From positions 2,648 through 66,647 of the IMG/VR virus record IMGVR_UViG_3300035698_023018: DNA of 64,000 nt; one strand, given 5' to 3'. Under the pieces are notes generated by a model that worked only from the letters and a program-made list of their open reading frames with translations, was not told the DNA's origin and did not search any database. This stretch comes from a virus. The position numbers and the translations under genes are program-made. The stretch's first letter is position 1; the number at the start of each line of letters is the position of its first letter. Below, one piece after another: positions 10,801 to 18,965 of this stretch.

Positions 10801-11058
10801 TCGACCTGTTCGAAGAATTCCTGCACATTTCGGACATTCAATATAACTATTGCCAGATCTTGCAGCTTTCTTTACCTGAACTTCAACATCGCTCGAAGTA
10901 AACTGCAGGTGACATTGAGGACAGTCATATGTCGCAACTACTGAGTGAGAATTCACGGGTAAATTGACGTGGAGCAACCCTTGCTGCTCTGCCTCTTTGC
11001 CCGCCTCACTTTTAAGCTTTGTGACATCCAACCATTTTGGATGATTTGAGTTAGTCAT
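7882..11058 (-). CDS. large modular putative virion protein (Zn ribbons, DUF5661-like domain, coiled coil)
   Basis: CPQC/CPKC and CAWC/CSAC pairs; GVEIEKEHT...EIAKDHLKEIPDYYTRL (about 8850-9040) resembles DUF5661 of large phages; many K-x-A motifs. Confidence 0.55.
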   Translation of the reverse strand: MTNSNHPKWLDVTKLKSEAGKEAEQQGLLHVNLPVNSHSVVATYDCPQCHLQFTSSDVEVQVKKAARSGNSYIECPKCAGILRTGRTAVVKDLTHIVNRSERFVDINRAPNRGIDTWVDKAIYGRIVQQTGEYIQQFGIDNPQLKFQRGIRAQKFPGQPRSAKGAEFTVEFMDYNNTRNRIIIQAGVDIDGKLIYPRTFRTLSGTEYPLTVHAIEDLTSGKLYDAAMPDHKIPSLTYRYPDPTRFREISAANKKMNKTAVDDTQLNAAIEGMGVTDPAAIEQVKQVVKQQPNAATTDTGTGTNPPLVTPTNAGSFTADLGVTSGNLNMKSAAMMEMFGDDTLFQAIEAGLAFPEAYEEVRQATRGQRLLTQAEYDQAGSLLVGDVPQATMFADKAAELIKQAEADMIPRLHKTAEMVRAEFNFDNMTADQATQWISSYVAEYNTALDSGCDISTASNKAQAIAVVALTESQVKHALRDKDTYVPIVDPDSGESIATTDEFEAEFDMKYNETDGGILPMEEREYSTMFKGKNAEVDAMQKEAESTGIDLDSKEVGQNPINYSRLKGMVQDYLRAGNIPPTKVDMQKLKDGIYSLEELQSLIDTFKVDRDTFFPTAHAAVDPQIIRKQAEEKLSDLFKQMPLEKEIITSPSRGAEGKAEGAGTPSPVKEEATETEDKLPGGLADGDPLSDFDPEELSMGVEIEKEHTVDKELAEEIAKDHLKEIPDYYTRLRKMEEEAKAEMNQDEVTDTDSLFASLQSNARQDRKAMGMNPEGMDSVCAWCQSVYDDVTGKPIRQLTPEEYATVQSHGMCSACNAIQQAKMDEVRNQRELQRTAKLNLTKTAIDWPWSKSEDLTVPDEGEAVDPTVRIEPPSFLSRKSPQVPEGEPVEATPDQAELMQGLAASKATVDQLRSQVQQAQLELQEKLAPITTQIGEEGQNQLRATKALAALMAELDQRLIQADDQIGYYAEAVKSGKLTPSAQVKILLERFGPKAAQAIAEAQKNLDEISQVTVGKYRQWPAKTSAVDGDDQYLASLYQNAYNTIAGLLDDVQELNFALAA

Positions 11059-11065
11059 TATACCC

Positions 11066-11710
11066 TCATTTATCCTTAATATTTGTTCTTTTAACTTGAT
11101 TATATTTTCGAAGACCTTCTGCGATTTTCCGCTTAGTCTCTTCGGGCATTTTTCTACCCTTAGCCCAGGATATCTGGTCCTTGTGGGCGATACTCATCCG
11201 TTTTCGTGCGTCAGCTGAAAAAACTCTCCCACGATTAGATCCCGGTTTACCTTTCAATGCTTTACTTAATTTCTGCTTAGTTTTAGCCGACATTTTCTTA
11301 CCTATATTCCACGCAACTTGACCTTTATGCGCTTTACTCATCTTCTGTTTAGCTTCTTTAGAATGTTTACGCCCAGTATGTCCCGCGTCACCATTACCAC
11401 CTGCAGCAATATTGGTAAGTTTATGTCCCTGCGTCCGTAGAAAATTTATCCAATGTATTTCCCTAGCTTCCCACGAACTTTCATCAGTTTTCTCTAAAAT
11501 TATTAAACCTGATCGAATTCCTTGAGACATTAAAGATTTAATCCAATACCGCCTGTATGGTCCCTTCATATTATAATCCGAGGGACGTGTATGTTGAAGA
11601 TATCGTGCACGCGGATTTTTAGATTTTCCGACATAACGTACTTGCATAGTTATAGGACAAAGTAACCCATATATACAGATATTACTGAGTGTTTGTGTAA
11701 CTTGTTGCAT
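11066..11710 (-). CDS. GIY-YIG homing endonuclease with NUMOD3 repeats
   Basis: IYGL.CP...VRYVGKS.NPRAR, LTNIAAGG, HSKEAKQKMS repeats; start reassigned to ATG at 11710. Confidence 0.85.
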   Translation of the reverse strand: MQQVTQTLSNICIYGLLCPITMQVRYVGKSKNPRARYLQHTRPSDYNMKGPYRRYWIKSLMSQGIRSGLIILEKTDESSWEAREIHWINFLRTQGHKLTNIAAGGNGDAGHTGRKHSKEAKQKMSKAHKGQVAWNIGKKMSAKTKQKLSKALKGKPGSNRGRVFSADARKRMSIAHKDQISWAKGRKMPEETKRKIAEGLRKYNQVKRTNIKDK

Positions 11711-11720
11711 ATCAACGGGT

Positions 11721-14081
11721 TCAGAAATTTGTCGGTACATCCATTCCACTAAGATCAGCAGCACCACCATCTGGCGCCTGTGGACTACCGCCCACTTGAC
11801 CCGGTTGAGGACCCGGTCCTGGGGGGGATTGACCTGGATTAGGACCACCATCTAAACCAGGTTCTGCACCTGCAAGTTCAATCGGCGGAGCCTCTTCTTG
11901 ATCATAGTCGATAGTGATCTTTTTATTCTCCGGATCAAGTTCAATATTGATCTTTGGAGCAGCTTCTTCAAATGGTATGGACTGATCAGCTAAATTCTCT
12001 TGCAATGCATTTTGCAACATATTCGGATCTGCATCGCCTGCACCAGGATTCTTAACTTCCCAGCCCATCGGATCTACATCCATTCCACCTGGATATCCAC
12101 CTCCACCACCGCGGAGAGTTTCCATACCTGGTAAATCTAAAGCGAATTTTTGACCCGTCGCAGTTTCAAATACTGTGAAGGCAAAAACATCACCTGCAGT
12201 CTCTAATAGTTGCTCAACGTGCTTATATCCCAACTTGGCTAATCCTCTACGGAGAATGTTCCAATTGATCTTCGGGAATGATGTAGTATGGTCGGCAATA
12301 AGATGTGCAGCCACAATCGGCATACCACATTTACGGGCCATTGTGTTTACCGCGTCATGGATAAACTTCTGTTTATCTCTCAAAATTCCGAATTCCGTAG
12401 GTTTCATTGATACGATCGGGATATGCTCATTTAGGGCATAAGAAAGTTTCTCTACTGCCATAGAATGTACATCTGCTTGGGTAAGTGCATGATTACCTTG
12501 GAGATCCCACGGATCCGCTTCAGGCTTAGGTTCAACTATCGCGAAATCCTCGGTAGTTGGAGCTTCCGCAGCTTCATCAGCGGCAGTAGTATACAACCAC
12601 TCACTCAATTCATTCTTATCCTCAGATGATAATGCTTGACGCATTTCTACGGGTAAATATTTACCCATGAACAGAGTAATTGCCTGCTTCACTATAGTAT
12701 TTTCAAGTTCTGCAGCAACCGCAACTCCTGGTGACTCTGTTTCATGATTACGCAACGCTTGTGAAACCATCCCTTCTACAAAATCAAGAGCCGAAGCTTT
12801 AACGCTATCAAATTCCGGACCAAGCACAGCAGTTTTTTGCGGACCACTATCAGATGACTGTCTCACTGGAGATGCATCCATAGGTAACGCTGAAACAGGT
12901 GCTTCAAATCCTTGACCAGGTTTCATTTTCATAATATCTGTATCATATAAAAGCGCAGGATCTTGAGCACCGAAATCAATCATGTAAAACTTGCCCAATT
13001 TCCGATCGAAACTAACGTCAATGATTGTACCTTGTTCGCCAGTACTCTTTTTCTGTACTTGATCACCAATATTCAACTGACGACCACGTTTTACAAAACC
13101 AATAAATTCAGCATTCGCAAATTGACTTGCCGGCATTGAAGTACCTGCAGACATTTCAGCAGATGATGGATTAGCCTTAATTGATGGTGGGAAAGCATCA
13201 GGCATTCCACGCATACCTGAAGGAGAATCCATTCCCATTCCAGCAGACGACGGAGTAGCTTCGCCCATACCTGAAGGATCAGGCATATCCATCGGAGGTA
13301 CAGGATATGCGCCCTTCATATAGTCCTTGAACATCTTGGCATCACCCGGATCATTGGGATCAGTAGTGATGTTTTGAATAGTTATACCCATCTTGGTAAC
13401 TTTACAGATATCCGTAATACGCGCAGTTAATTGTTGCCCACCTGCGCCTTCAAAATGTACGTAGGCATTGTTATGACTAAATCGGGTAACTTTACCCCCA
13501 GTATTTTTACGGGAGAACATTCTTACGTTATCACCGACGGAAAGCTCTTTAGCATCTTTGACTGTAGTAAGATCAGTATTCTCAATCCAGAATGAAGTAC
13601 CATCATCGAAAGTCAATTGTGACTTTACAGGATCAGCAGCGGTTACTTCACCACGCTTACCTTTATACTTATTATGAACGGACTCTCTATGTCGTGGCGT
13701 GACTTCAACTAAATCACCAGCATTCATGACGATTGCTTCTTTTTCAATCGATGCAGTTTTAGTCAGACCCATTGCAGCAGCTTTTAGTCCCCGCAGGATA
13801 TTATCCTGTTGATCAGTATAACAAACTAACCAATCTTCACCACCAATATTCTCAACAGACCAAATATTGCCTGCATCTTTATCTTCATTACGCTGAAAGA
13901 CATCAAAACCAATTTTCTTAAAACCTTGGTCCTTCGCTTCTGCGAATAAAACATGTCCTGCGCCACGTAACGCTACTCTTCGTTTATCAACCTTTGCTTG
14001 ATTGACCTTACTTAGAATCGTCTGATTCTGTTGAACTATCTCCTGCCGCGAATTCGGCTGTCTCATGAGTAGTCCCTCCAT
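11721..14081 (-). CDS. large protein with three KOW/SH3-like repeats, putative structural
   Basis: GDLVEV...GKRGEV, GDNVRM...GGKV, GDQVQ...GEQGTI; Pro/Gly/Met-rich linkers. Confidence 0.5.
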   Translation of the reverse strand: MEGLLMRQPNSRQEIVQQNQTILSKVNQAKVDKRRVALRGAGHVLFAEAKDQGFKKIGFDVFQRNEDKDAGNIWSVENIGGEDWLVCYTDQQDNILRGLKAAAMGLTKTASIEKEAIVMNAGDLVEVTPRHRESVHNKYKGKRGEVTAADPVKSQLTFDDGTSFWIENTDLTTVKDAKELSVGDNVRMFSRKNTGGKVTRFSHNNAYVHFEGAGGQQLTARITDICKVTKMGITIQNITTDPNDPGDAKMFKDYMKGAYPVPPMDMPDPSGMGEATPSSAGMGMDSPSGMRGMPDAFPPSIKANPSSAEMSAGTSMPASQFANAEFIGFVKRGRQLNIGDQVQKKSTGEQGTIIDVSFDRKLGKFYMIDFGAQDPALLYDTDIMKMKPGQGFEAPVSALPMDASPVRQSSDSGPQKTAVLGPEFDSVKASALDFVEGMVSQALRNHETESPGVAVAAELENTIVKQAITLFMGKYLPVEMRQALSSEDKNELSEWLYTTAADEAAEAPTTEDFAIVEPKPEADPWDLQGNHALTQADVHSMAVEKLSYALNEHIPIVSMKPTEFGILRDKQKFIHDAVNTMARKCGMPIVAAHLIADHTTSFPKINWNILRRGLAKLGYKHVEQLLETAGDVFAFTVFETATGQKFALDLPGMETLRGGGGGYPGGMDVDPMGWEVKNPGAGDADPNMLQNALQENLADQSIPFEEAAPKINIELDPENKKITIDYDQEEAPPIELAGAEPGLDGGPNPGQSPPGPGPQPGQVGGSPQAPDGGAADLSGMDVPTNF

Positions 14082-14238
14082 TTATAGTATCAGCATCATT
14101 TTTTACATCATGAACAATAACTTCACCACATTTACAGATAGTTTCACCATCTGTTACTGCAAGAATTACAGTCGCACCACATTTACTACATAACCGCGTT
14201 GCAGCAGTTATTATAGCGGCAACTTTTTTAGTAAGCAT
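14008..14238 (-). CDS. small Zn-ribbon protein
   Basis: CSKCG...CKCG; RBS GAAAGGAA before ATG at 14238. Confidence 0.55.
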   Translation of the reverse strand: MLTKKVAAIITAATRLCSKCGATVILAVTDGETICKCGEVIVHDVKNDADTINGGTTHETAEFAAGDSSTESDDSK

Positions 14239-14270
14239 AGTATATTTCCTTTCGTTCATTCATTGCTATT

Positions 14271-14299
14271 AGTATAGTTAGATATTGACGAAAATGCAA
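14271..14299 (-). promoter_or_regulatory. sigma70-type promoter for the structural/packaging block
   Basis: Minus strand TTGCAT (14299-14294), 17-nt spacer, TATACT (14276-14271) in one of the few intergenic gaps. Confidence 0.6.
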
Positions 14300-14316
14300 A
14301 AGGGGGTTGTCCCCCT
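14291..14316 (-). terminator. intrinsic terminator
   Basis: Minus strand AGGGGG-ACAA-CCCCCT followed by TTTGCATTTT, just downstream of the HTH gene. Confidence 0.6.
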
Positions 14317-14318
14317 AT

Positions 14319-14332
14319 TTACAATATTGTAA
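14319..14332. promoter_or_regulatory. perfect 14-bp palindrome, candidate operator
   Basis: TTACAATATTGTAA equals its own reverse complement; lies next to the HTH gene and promoter. Confidence 0.35.
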
Positions 14333-14344
14333 GGATTTACACGA

Positions 14345-14593
14345 TTATTTTGAAGAGTCTAGACCAAGGAGTTCGTCAGCAGAAATTTGAAGGTATAAGC
14401 ACAGCTTTTTGAAATTCAATAAGCTGGGTGCACGTTTCCCCTCAAGGAAGTCATTCATCTGTTGCGGATTGATATTCATCTCAGCACGGATGGTCTTAAA
14501 TTTGCGCTTATGAGGAGGTAATTGCTCGAAAGCTTCTCGCAATCGCTCATGATTTATTACGAGCCATCCGTCAAAACGGTCTGTTATGGCCAT
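14345..14593 (-). CDS. Cro/C1 (XRE)-type HTH regulator
   Basis: IRAEMNINPQQMNDFLEGKRAPSLLNFKKLCLYLQISADELLGL. Confidence 0.8.
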   Translation of the reverse strand: MAITDRFDGWLVINHERLREAFEQLPPHKRKFKTIRAEMNINPQQMNDFLEGKRAPSLLNFKKLCLYLQISADELLGLDSSK

Positions 14594-14596
14594 AGT

Positions 14597-15049
14597 TTAT
14601 ATTGTCCAAATAATACCACCGGCCACAAAGATAGGGGCGTCAGTTAATTCTGCAGACACATACATAGGGAGAATACCGAGATGACCTACAGGCATATTTA
14701 ACCGTAAAAGTGCATCAGCCGCCGAGTCAATTTGTGCAGTATCTTCAGTATTTAACGTGTTACTTAACAATCCTTTAAACGTATTTACGGCCATAAATAT
14801 TGCAACAGGTTTACGATCTTGCTTATGGAGGACTATGCGCTGTTTTGCAATAGCATCAAAGAGCTGTGGTTCATTGTTAAGTAATTGTGCTACAATAGCT
14901 TCTCGGATATTTACAAGAACTTCTTCCGTCTCTTTTAACTTATTCGGCGGAGAATTTTTCGCATTACGGTTATACAATAATGTGCCTAATACGCCCAAAG
15001 CGAGCCCTAAAAGCCCAGCCAATAGACTATATAGTACTGCATCTGACAT
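14597..15049 (-). CDS. hypothetical protein with N-terminal transmembrane anchor
   Basis: Hydrophobic VLYSLLAGLLGLALGVLGTLLY. Confidence 0.6.
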   Translation of the reverse strand: MSDAVLYSLLAGLLGLALGVLGTLLYNRNAKNSPPNKLKETEEVLVNIREAIVAQLLNNEPQLFDAIAKQRIVLHKQDRKPVAIFMAVNTFKGLLSNTLNTEDTAQIDSAADALLRLNMPVGHLGILPMYVSAELTDAPIFVAGGIIWTI

Positions 15050-15053
15050 AATC

Positions 15054-15143
15054 TTAACCTTTCGCTAACGTGCGACGTTTTATTTCTTCCAACAATTCGT
15101 CAGTGTTTATTTGACTTAAATCAACAATGTTCTTATCTTTTAT
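15054..15143 (-). pseudogene. orphaned duplicate 3' end of the resolvase gene
   Basis: Translates IKDKNIVDLSQINTDELLEEIKRRTLAKG*, similar to resolvase C-terminus LKNRTTIDLSQIGTDELLKELRKRLK*. Confidence 0.75.
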
Positions 15144-15901
15144 ACCCTTCTTTTCTTCGTTGCTTTCAAACTTTCACTAATTTTTCGCTTAGTTTCATCA
15201 GAATGTTTCTTACCCATCCAATAAGTAGTGGGATGTTTCTTATGAGATTCACTCATTTTCTTTTTAGATTCTTTAGTATGCGCCTTACCTGTACGGTAAG
15301 TATTTCCAATATTTGCACGTTTTGCGGCATCAAACGTCACTTTCGCGGGGCGTCTTCCTTTATTTGCTGTTGATATTTTTTGACGCGTTTCTATAGTAAC
15401 TACTCTGCCTAAATTTCCTTGGCTGATGGCAACTTTATGTTCATTAGATAAAGGACCACTTTTCTTGCCTTTATGTGCATCACTTATACGCTTTTTCCAT
15501 GCATCATCTAATTTTCTTCCTTTAAATCTATCTTTCATCTTTCGACGATGTTCAGCAGACCAAGGAATTCCTTTCATCGGACCTACGCCTCCGGGAGCAA
15601 TATTTGTTAGTTTATTACCCAAGCTTTTATAATAAGTAATCCACTCCTTTTCTTTTTCTTGCCACATAAAAACATTTACCATCTCTAAAATATGCAAGAG
15701 AGGTTTAAGTCCTGTTTTAGCAAGCTTACGTATCCAACACTGTGTATACGTTTTACCTTTTGAGTAATTTTTTGGTGATGTATGTACGTTGAATCGAGTT
15801 TGAGGATTATTTGCTTTTCCTACATAACGTACTTCACCGGTACGTGGGTCGATCAAAACATAGATATATGTCATCTCCGAAACTATATTACCTATAGACA
15901 T
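15140..15901 (-). CDS. GIY-YIG homing endonuclease with NUMOD3 repeats
   Basis: YIYVLIDPRTGEVRYVGKANNP..R, LTNIAPGG, HSDETKRKISES. Confidence 0.88.
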   Translation of the reverse strand: MSIGNIVSEMTYIYVLIDPRTGEVRYVGKANNPQTRFNVHTSPKNYSKGKTYTQCWIRKLAKTGLKPLLHILEMVNVFMWQEKEKEWITYYKSLGNKLTNIAPGGVGPMKGIPWSAEHRRKMKDRFKGRKLDDAWKKRISDAHKGKKSGPLSNEHKVAISQGNLGRVVTIETRQKISTANKGRRPAKVTFDAAKRANIGNTYRTGKAHTKESKKKMSESHKKHPTTYWMGKKHSDETKRKISESLKATKKRRV

Positions 15902-16458
15902 TACTTAAGTCTTTTTCGCAATTCTTTAAGAAGTTCATCTGTTCCTATCTGGCTCAAATCTATAGTAGTTCGGTTTTTCAATGATTGTATAAAATGCATA
16001 AGTTCCAAAAAATGATGTCTTGGAATAATATAATGAATTGAATTACCGAAATGGCCATCAGCCCAGCAATACTTCTTCAATCCGACTTCATTTGGACGAA
16101 CTCCCTTAAATTTGATCGCTACAATAGAGAGTCGCCCGTTTCTCTCAGCTTCGTGAAGAGCCTGATCTACCCACTCTTTCTTGACCGAGAAACTTTTCAT
16201 TGGTCGACCCGTGTCAGCCGCTTTTCTGCTGGCAGTCTTGTAATGCTTGCATTCGACGAGCACGTCTTTCGGCAATATACCGGCTTTTTCGAGCTCTAAC
16301 GATACGTCGCCTTCTAACATAGATTGAGAGCCAGTTTTTGTGGCGTTCTTTGATCGACCGGATCCCTCTACACGGAATATAAACTCTTCGTCGACATCGG
16401 GAAACTCTGCGCGCCAAAATTCCACCTCCCCAATTTCAAAACCATAACCCCGGTTCAT
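15901..16458 (-). CDS. Holliday junction resolvase-like PD-(D/E)xK nuclease
   Basis: G..FE...RVEGSG...GDV...VECKHY...W..QA..EA pattern. Confidence 0.65.
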   Translation of the reverse strand: MNRGYGFEIGEVEFWRAEFPDVDEEFIFRVEGSGRSKNATKTGSQSMLEGDVSLELEKAGILPKDVLVECKHYKTASRKAADTGRPMKSFSVKKEWVDQALHEAERNGRLSIVAIKFKGVRPNEVGLKKYCWADGHFGNSIHYIIPRHHFLELMHFIQSLKNRTTIDLSQIGTDELLKELRKRLK

Positions 16459-16937
16459 CCTTTATCCGCCTTACGTGCCACATCAATAGCTTTATCCAAC
16501 GCTTCTATCAGGGTGGCTGCTCTTATGTGCTGAGAGCCTATTGTGAATATTGTATACGGTACATCTCTATGTTCGCGGGATTCGACGTGCTCATATCCAT
16601 CACAATTGAACATTTTAGACCCCTCGTCATATACAAGCTCAAAGCAGCCCCGTTCTTGTTCGATAAAAGATAAATAGCTCTCGGCTTTCTCGGCACGTCG
16701 TTGATGCTTAGCACATTCAATATTGAGATCCATTATTTTAACGCCTTGTTCGTCAAACTTATCTAACGCTGAGTTCACCACTGGATTGAGGGCTTTACAC
16801 AAGGCATCAGTGAGGCCAGTACTGTTTAACTCCGGGAGTTCCTGGTGGGCAACGGGATCCTCAACGTAATCGACCCAACTATCGTCCATAAGTACTTTTA
16901 GCACCGCCCCTCTGAGTTGGTCGTACAAATTACTCAT
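16455..16937 (-). CDS. hypothetical protein
   Basis: 160-aa ORF coupled to both neighbours. Confidence 0.6.
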   Translation of the reverse strand: MSNLYDQLRGAVLKVLMDDSWVDYVEDPVAHQELPELNSTGLTDALCKALNPVVNSALDKFDEQGVKIMDLNIECAKHQRRAEKAESYLSFIEQERGCFELVYDEGSKMFNCDGYEHVESREHRDVPYTIFTIGSQHIRAATLIEALDKAIDVARKADKG

Positions 16938-17410
16938 TAGATTTCCTGATCGAATAACTTCTGCATATACTTAAGTGCTGAGTATTCTTCAGTAAAGATC
17001 ACACTAGCCGCTTCCCGTACAAAGGCATGATCATGAAGATTTTTATCTTCCATTACAACAACTACATATTTTCCAAGTAGTGCTGCCCATGCTAACTCCA
17101 TCATACATCCGATTGAAACAGCTTTTGCACCAGTAAGATCCACGTAAGTAATATCGCTATGTTGGACCATCCACTTATCTCGTGCAAAGATTGAATGTGG
17201 CGAAGCCACACCGTCATAGTTACCGCGTTTCTCAAATTTCTCAGCACCTGCAACAGACTTGTGCAATTCACTCTTACCTGTCATAGGTTGAAGTACTTCA
17301 AAACCTATATTCTCTAGAGTAGCCTTAATACCGTTGTAATACATAGCAACCTCATCCCATGAAAGTCCACTAATTGGATGAGAGCAATATACTCTAAACT
17401 TTTGCTGCAT
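16937..17410 (-). CDS. nucleoside 2-deoxyribosyltransferase / dNMP N-glycosidase family protein
   Basis: VYCSHPI...IFARD..MV..SD...SIGCMMELAWA..LGKYVVVV. Confidence 0.75.
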   Translation of the reverse strand: MQQKFRVYCSHPISGLSWDEVAMYYNGIKATLENIGFEVLQPMTGKSELHKSVAGAEKFEKRGNYDGVASPHSIFARDKWMVQHSDITYVDLTGAKAVSIGCMMELAWAALLGKYVVVVMEDKNLHDHAFVREAASVIFTEEYSALKYMQKLFDQEI

Positions 17411-17413
17411 GAC

Positions 17414-17635
17414 TTACCTTTCGTATGCTCTAATAGCATCCTTTACGTATTGTTGGATATCTTCAAGCGTATCATACTCTATGACTTCATCCAACATGAT
17501 TTGTCTGTCTTCCACATTAATACTTGCCGTGGATATACATCGTATTACTTGGATACGGGCTTCATCCACATTTTGTGATTTGAGTACCTTTTTATCTATT
17601 TTACGCAGGATAGATACCCGCTTCTTATTACTCAC
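17414..17635 (-). CDS. hypothetical protein
   Basis: 73-aa ORF in operon spacing. Confidence 0.5.
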   Translation of the reverse strand: MSNKKRVSILRKIDKKVLKSQNVDEARIQVIRCISTASINVEDRQIMLDEVIEYDTLEDIQQYVKDAIRAYER

Positions 17636-17641
17636 CTTCTT

Positions 17642-18211
17642 CTACTCCAATTTCAGTATTTCAGTAAAGATTTTGTTTACCATATCATCAATAGAATCTT
17701 TTGGATCGGTTTCAAGATCAAAGAATCCTACACCTTCACATTCATCAAGAGCAAGCTCAGACGGATGATCTAGATTAACTGTACCCTTAGCCCCCTCCGC
17801 ATCCCGTGATAATTGCAACTCTCTCGTAGTTACCAGTCGAACGACTTGAAATTCCGCCACCCTTAATCGTTCGACTTCATTAGGAAATCTGCAATCATCA
17901 CAAATGAAAAAATCAAACTCCCCACTTTCCTGCCAATCTTTTACATCAGCTAACATGAGATTAATCCAAAATTCTTCAGTACCGAAATATGTTCCGGCAA
18001 ACTTCCGCATAATCTCCGTGCCCATATATTGCATCGCAGGCCGATCATGCCGATCATATCCTCGTGCAAGAAGGAATTTCAACCAGTATGCAAGGCTAAT
18101 CTGCTTTACCTTATACCCGCGCTCTTCCATCTTCGCAATTATTGCTCGAGTAGTATAAGTTTTTCCTGATCGCATCTTTCCTGAAATCATGAGATTAGGT
18201 ATCTTTTTCAT
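17642..18211 (-). CDS. deoxynucleoside monophosphate kinase
   Basis: ISGKMRSGKT P-loop, R..MQ.MGTE..R, DDCRFPNE, HPSE; start reassigned to ATG at 18211. Confidence 0.8.
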   Translation of the reverse strand: MKKIPNLMISGKMRSGKTYTTRAIIAKMEERGYKVKQISLAYWLKFLLARGYDRHDRPAMQYMGTEIMRKFAGTYFGTEEFWINLMLADVKDWQESGEFDFFICDDCRFPNEVERLRVAEFQVVRLVTTRELQLSRDAEGAKGTVNLDHPSELALDECEGVGFFDLETDPKDSIDDMVNKIFTEILKLE

Positions 18212-18320
18212 GTCCGTTTTCCCTATCCTTTTTAATCTTGTGTGCAGTCCAATAAACAGTTGCGTCCGCACGTACAATATCCCACAGAATCATTCCGATT
18301 AATATGTATACCCAGTCCAT
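18195..18320 (-). CDS. small hydrophobic protein (41 aa)
   Basis: Manual translation MDWVYILIGMILWDIVRADATVYW...; fills the gap between genes. Confidence 0.4.
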   Translation of the reverse strand: MDWVYILIGMILWDIVRADATVYWTAHKIKKDRENGHEKDT

Positions 18321-18325
18321 AATTC

Positions 18326-18964
18326 TTACCTAACATGGGATATACCACGTATCTGATACACTTCTATAGTGTTATTTGAAAATTCTACTAACTTACTATT
18401 ATGAGTAACGATAATTATCTGCCGTTCGAACGTATTAGAGACTTCAGTCAAGAATTTACCAAATGCTCCAACATATTGCGCAGATATATTCTTACCCGGT
18501 TCATCTAAAATCAAAGGACCTTTGATCTTCATCAACTGCATAACGATTATACGCAAAGAAATACTAATCACGTCCACGACACCCCCGCCATACGTAGATA
18601 AAATGTCGCCTTGAATTGGATTTTCTTCTCCTTCACGGGACAGTGAAAAGTCAGCTTCTATTTGATTTCGACGAGAAGTAAAGTCAATACTAAATTTGAC
18701 AGAAGGATCACCGAAAATACTGCGCAACCCTTGCGTCACTAATTGTTCGATCTCTACTTTAACAAAATCCCTTGCAGCAATATTACACTGCTCAAGTAAT
18801 CCGAGGGAAGCCATTAACTCAGTATTTGATTGAGTTAACTGTTCACACTCTTGAGTAACCTCAGCCAAATATTCAAGGTTTTCTGTTTTACGTGCGTCTA
18901 TCGAGGCCAATCTTCGCTTCGCCTCTTCACGATGAATTTGAAGTTGTTCTAATGTATCGTACAT
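18326..18964 (-). CDS. SbcC/Rad50 ATPase, C-terminal half
   Basis: Coiled coil, then signature-like YGGG, Walker B LILDEP, H-loop IIVTH; no Walker A. Confidence 0.8.
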   Translation of the reverse strand: MYDTLEQLQIHREEAKRRLASIDARKTENLEYLAEVTQECEQLTQSNTELMASLGLLEQCNIAARDFVKVEIEQLVTQGLRSIFGDPSVKFSIDFTSRRNQIEADFSLSREGEENPIQGDILSTYGGGVVDVISISLRIIVMQLMKIKGPLILDEPGKNISAQYVGAFGKFLTEVSNTFERQIIIVTHNSKLVEFSNNTIEVYQIRGISHVR

Positions 18965-18965
18965 A

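Noticed and set aside
15054-15990. Group I intron around the GIY-YIG gene in the resolvase
   Set aside because: There is no non-coding room for a ribozyme core on either side, and the resolvase has its own complete C-terminus and stop.
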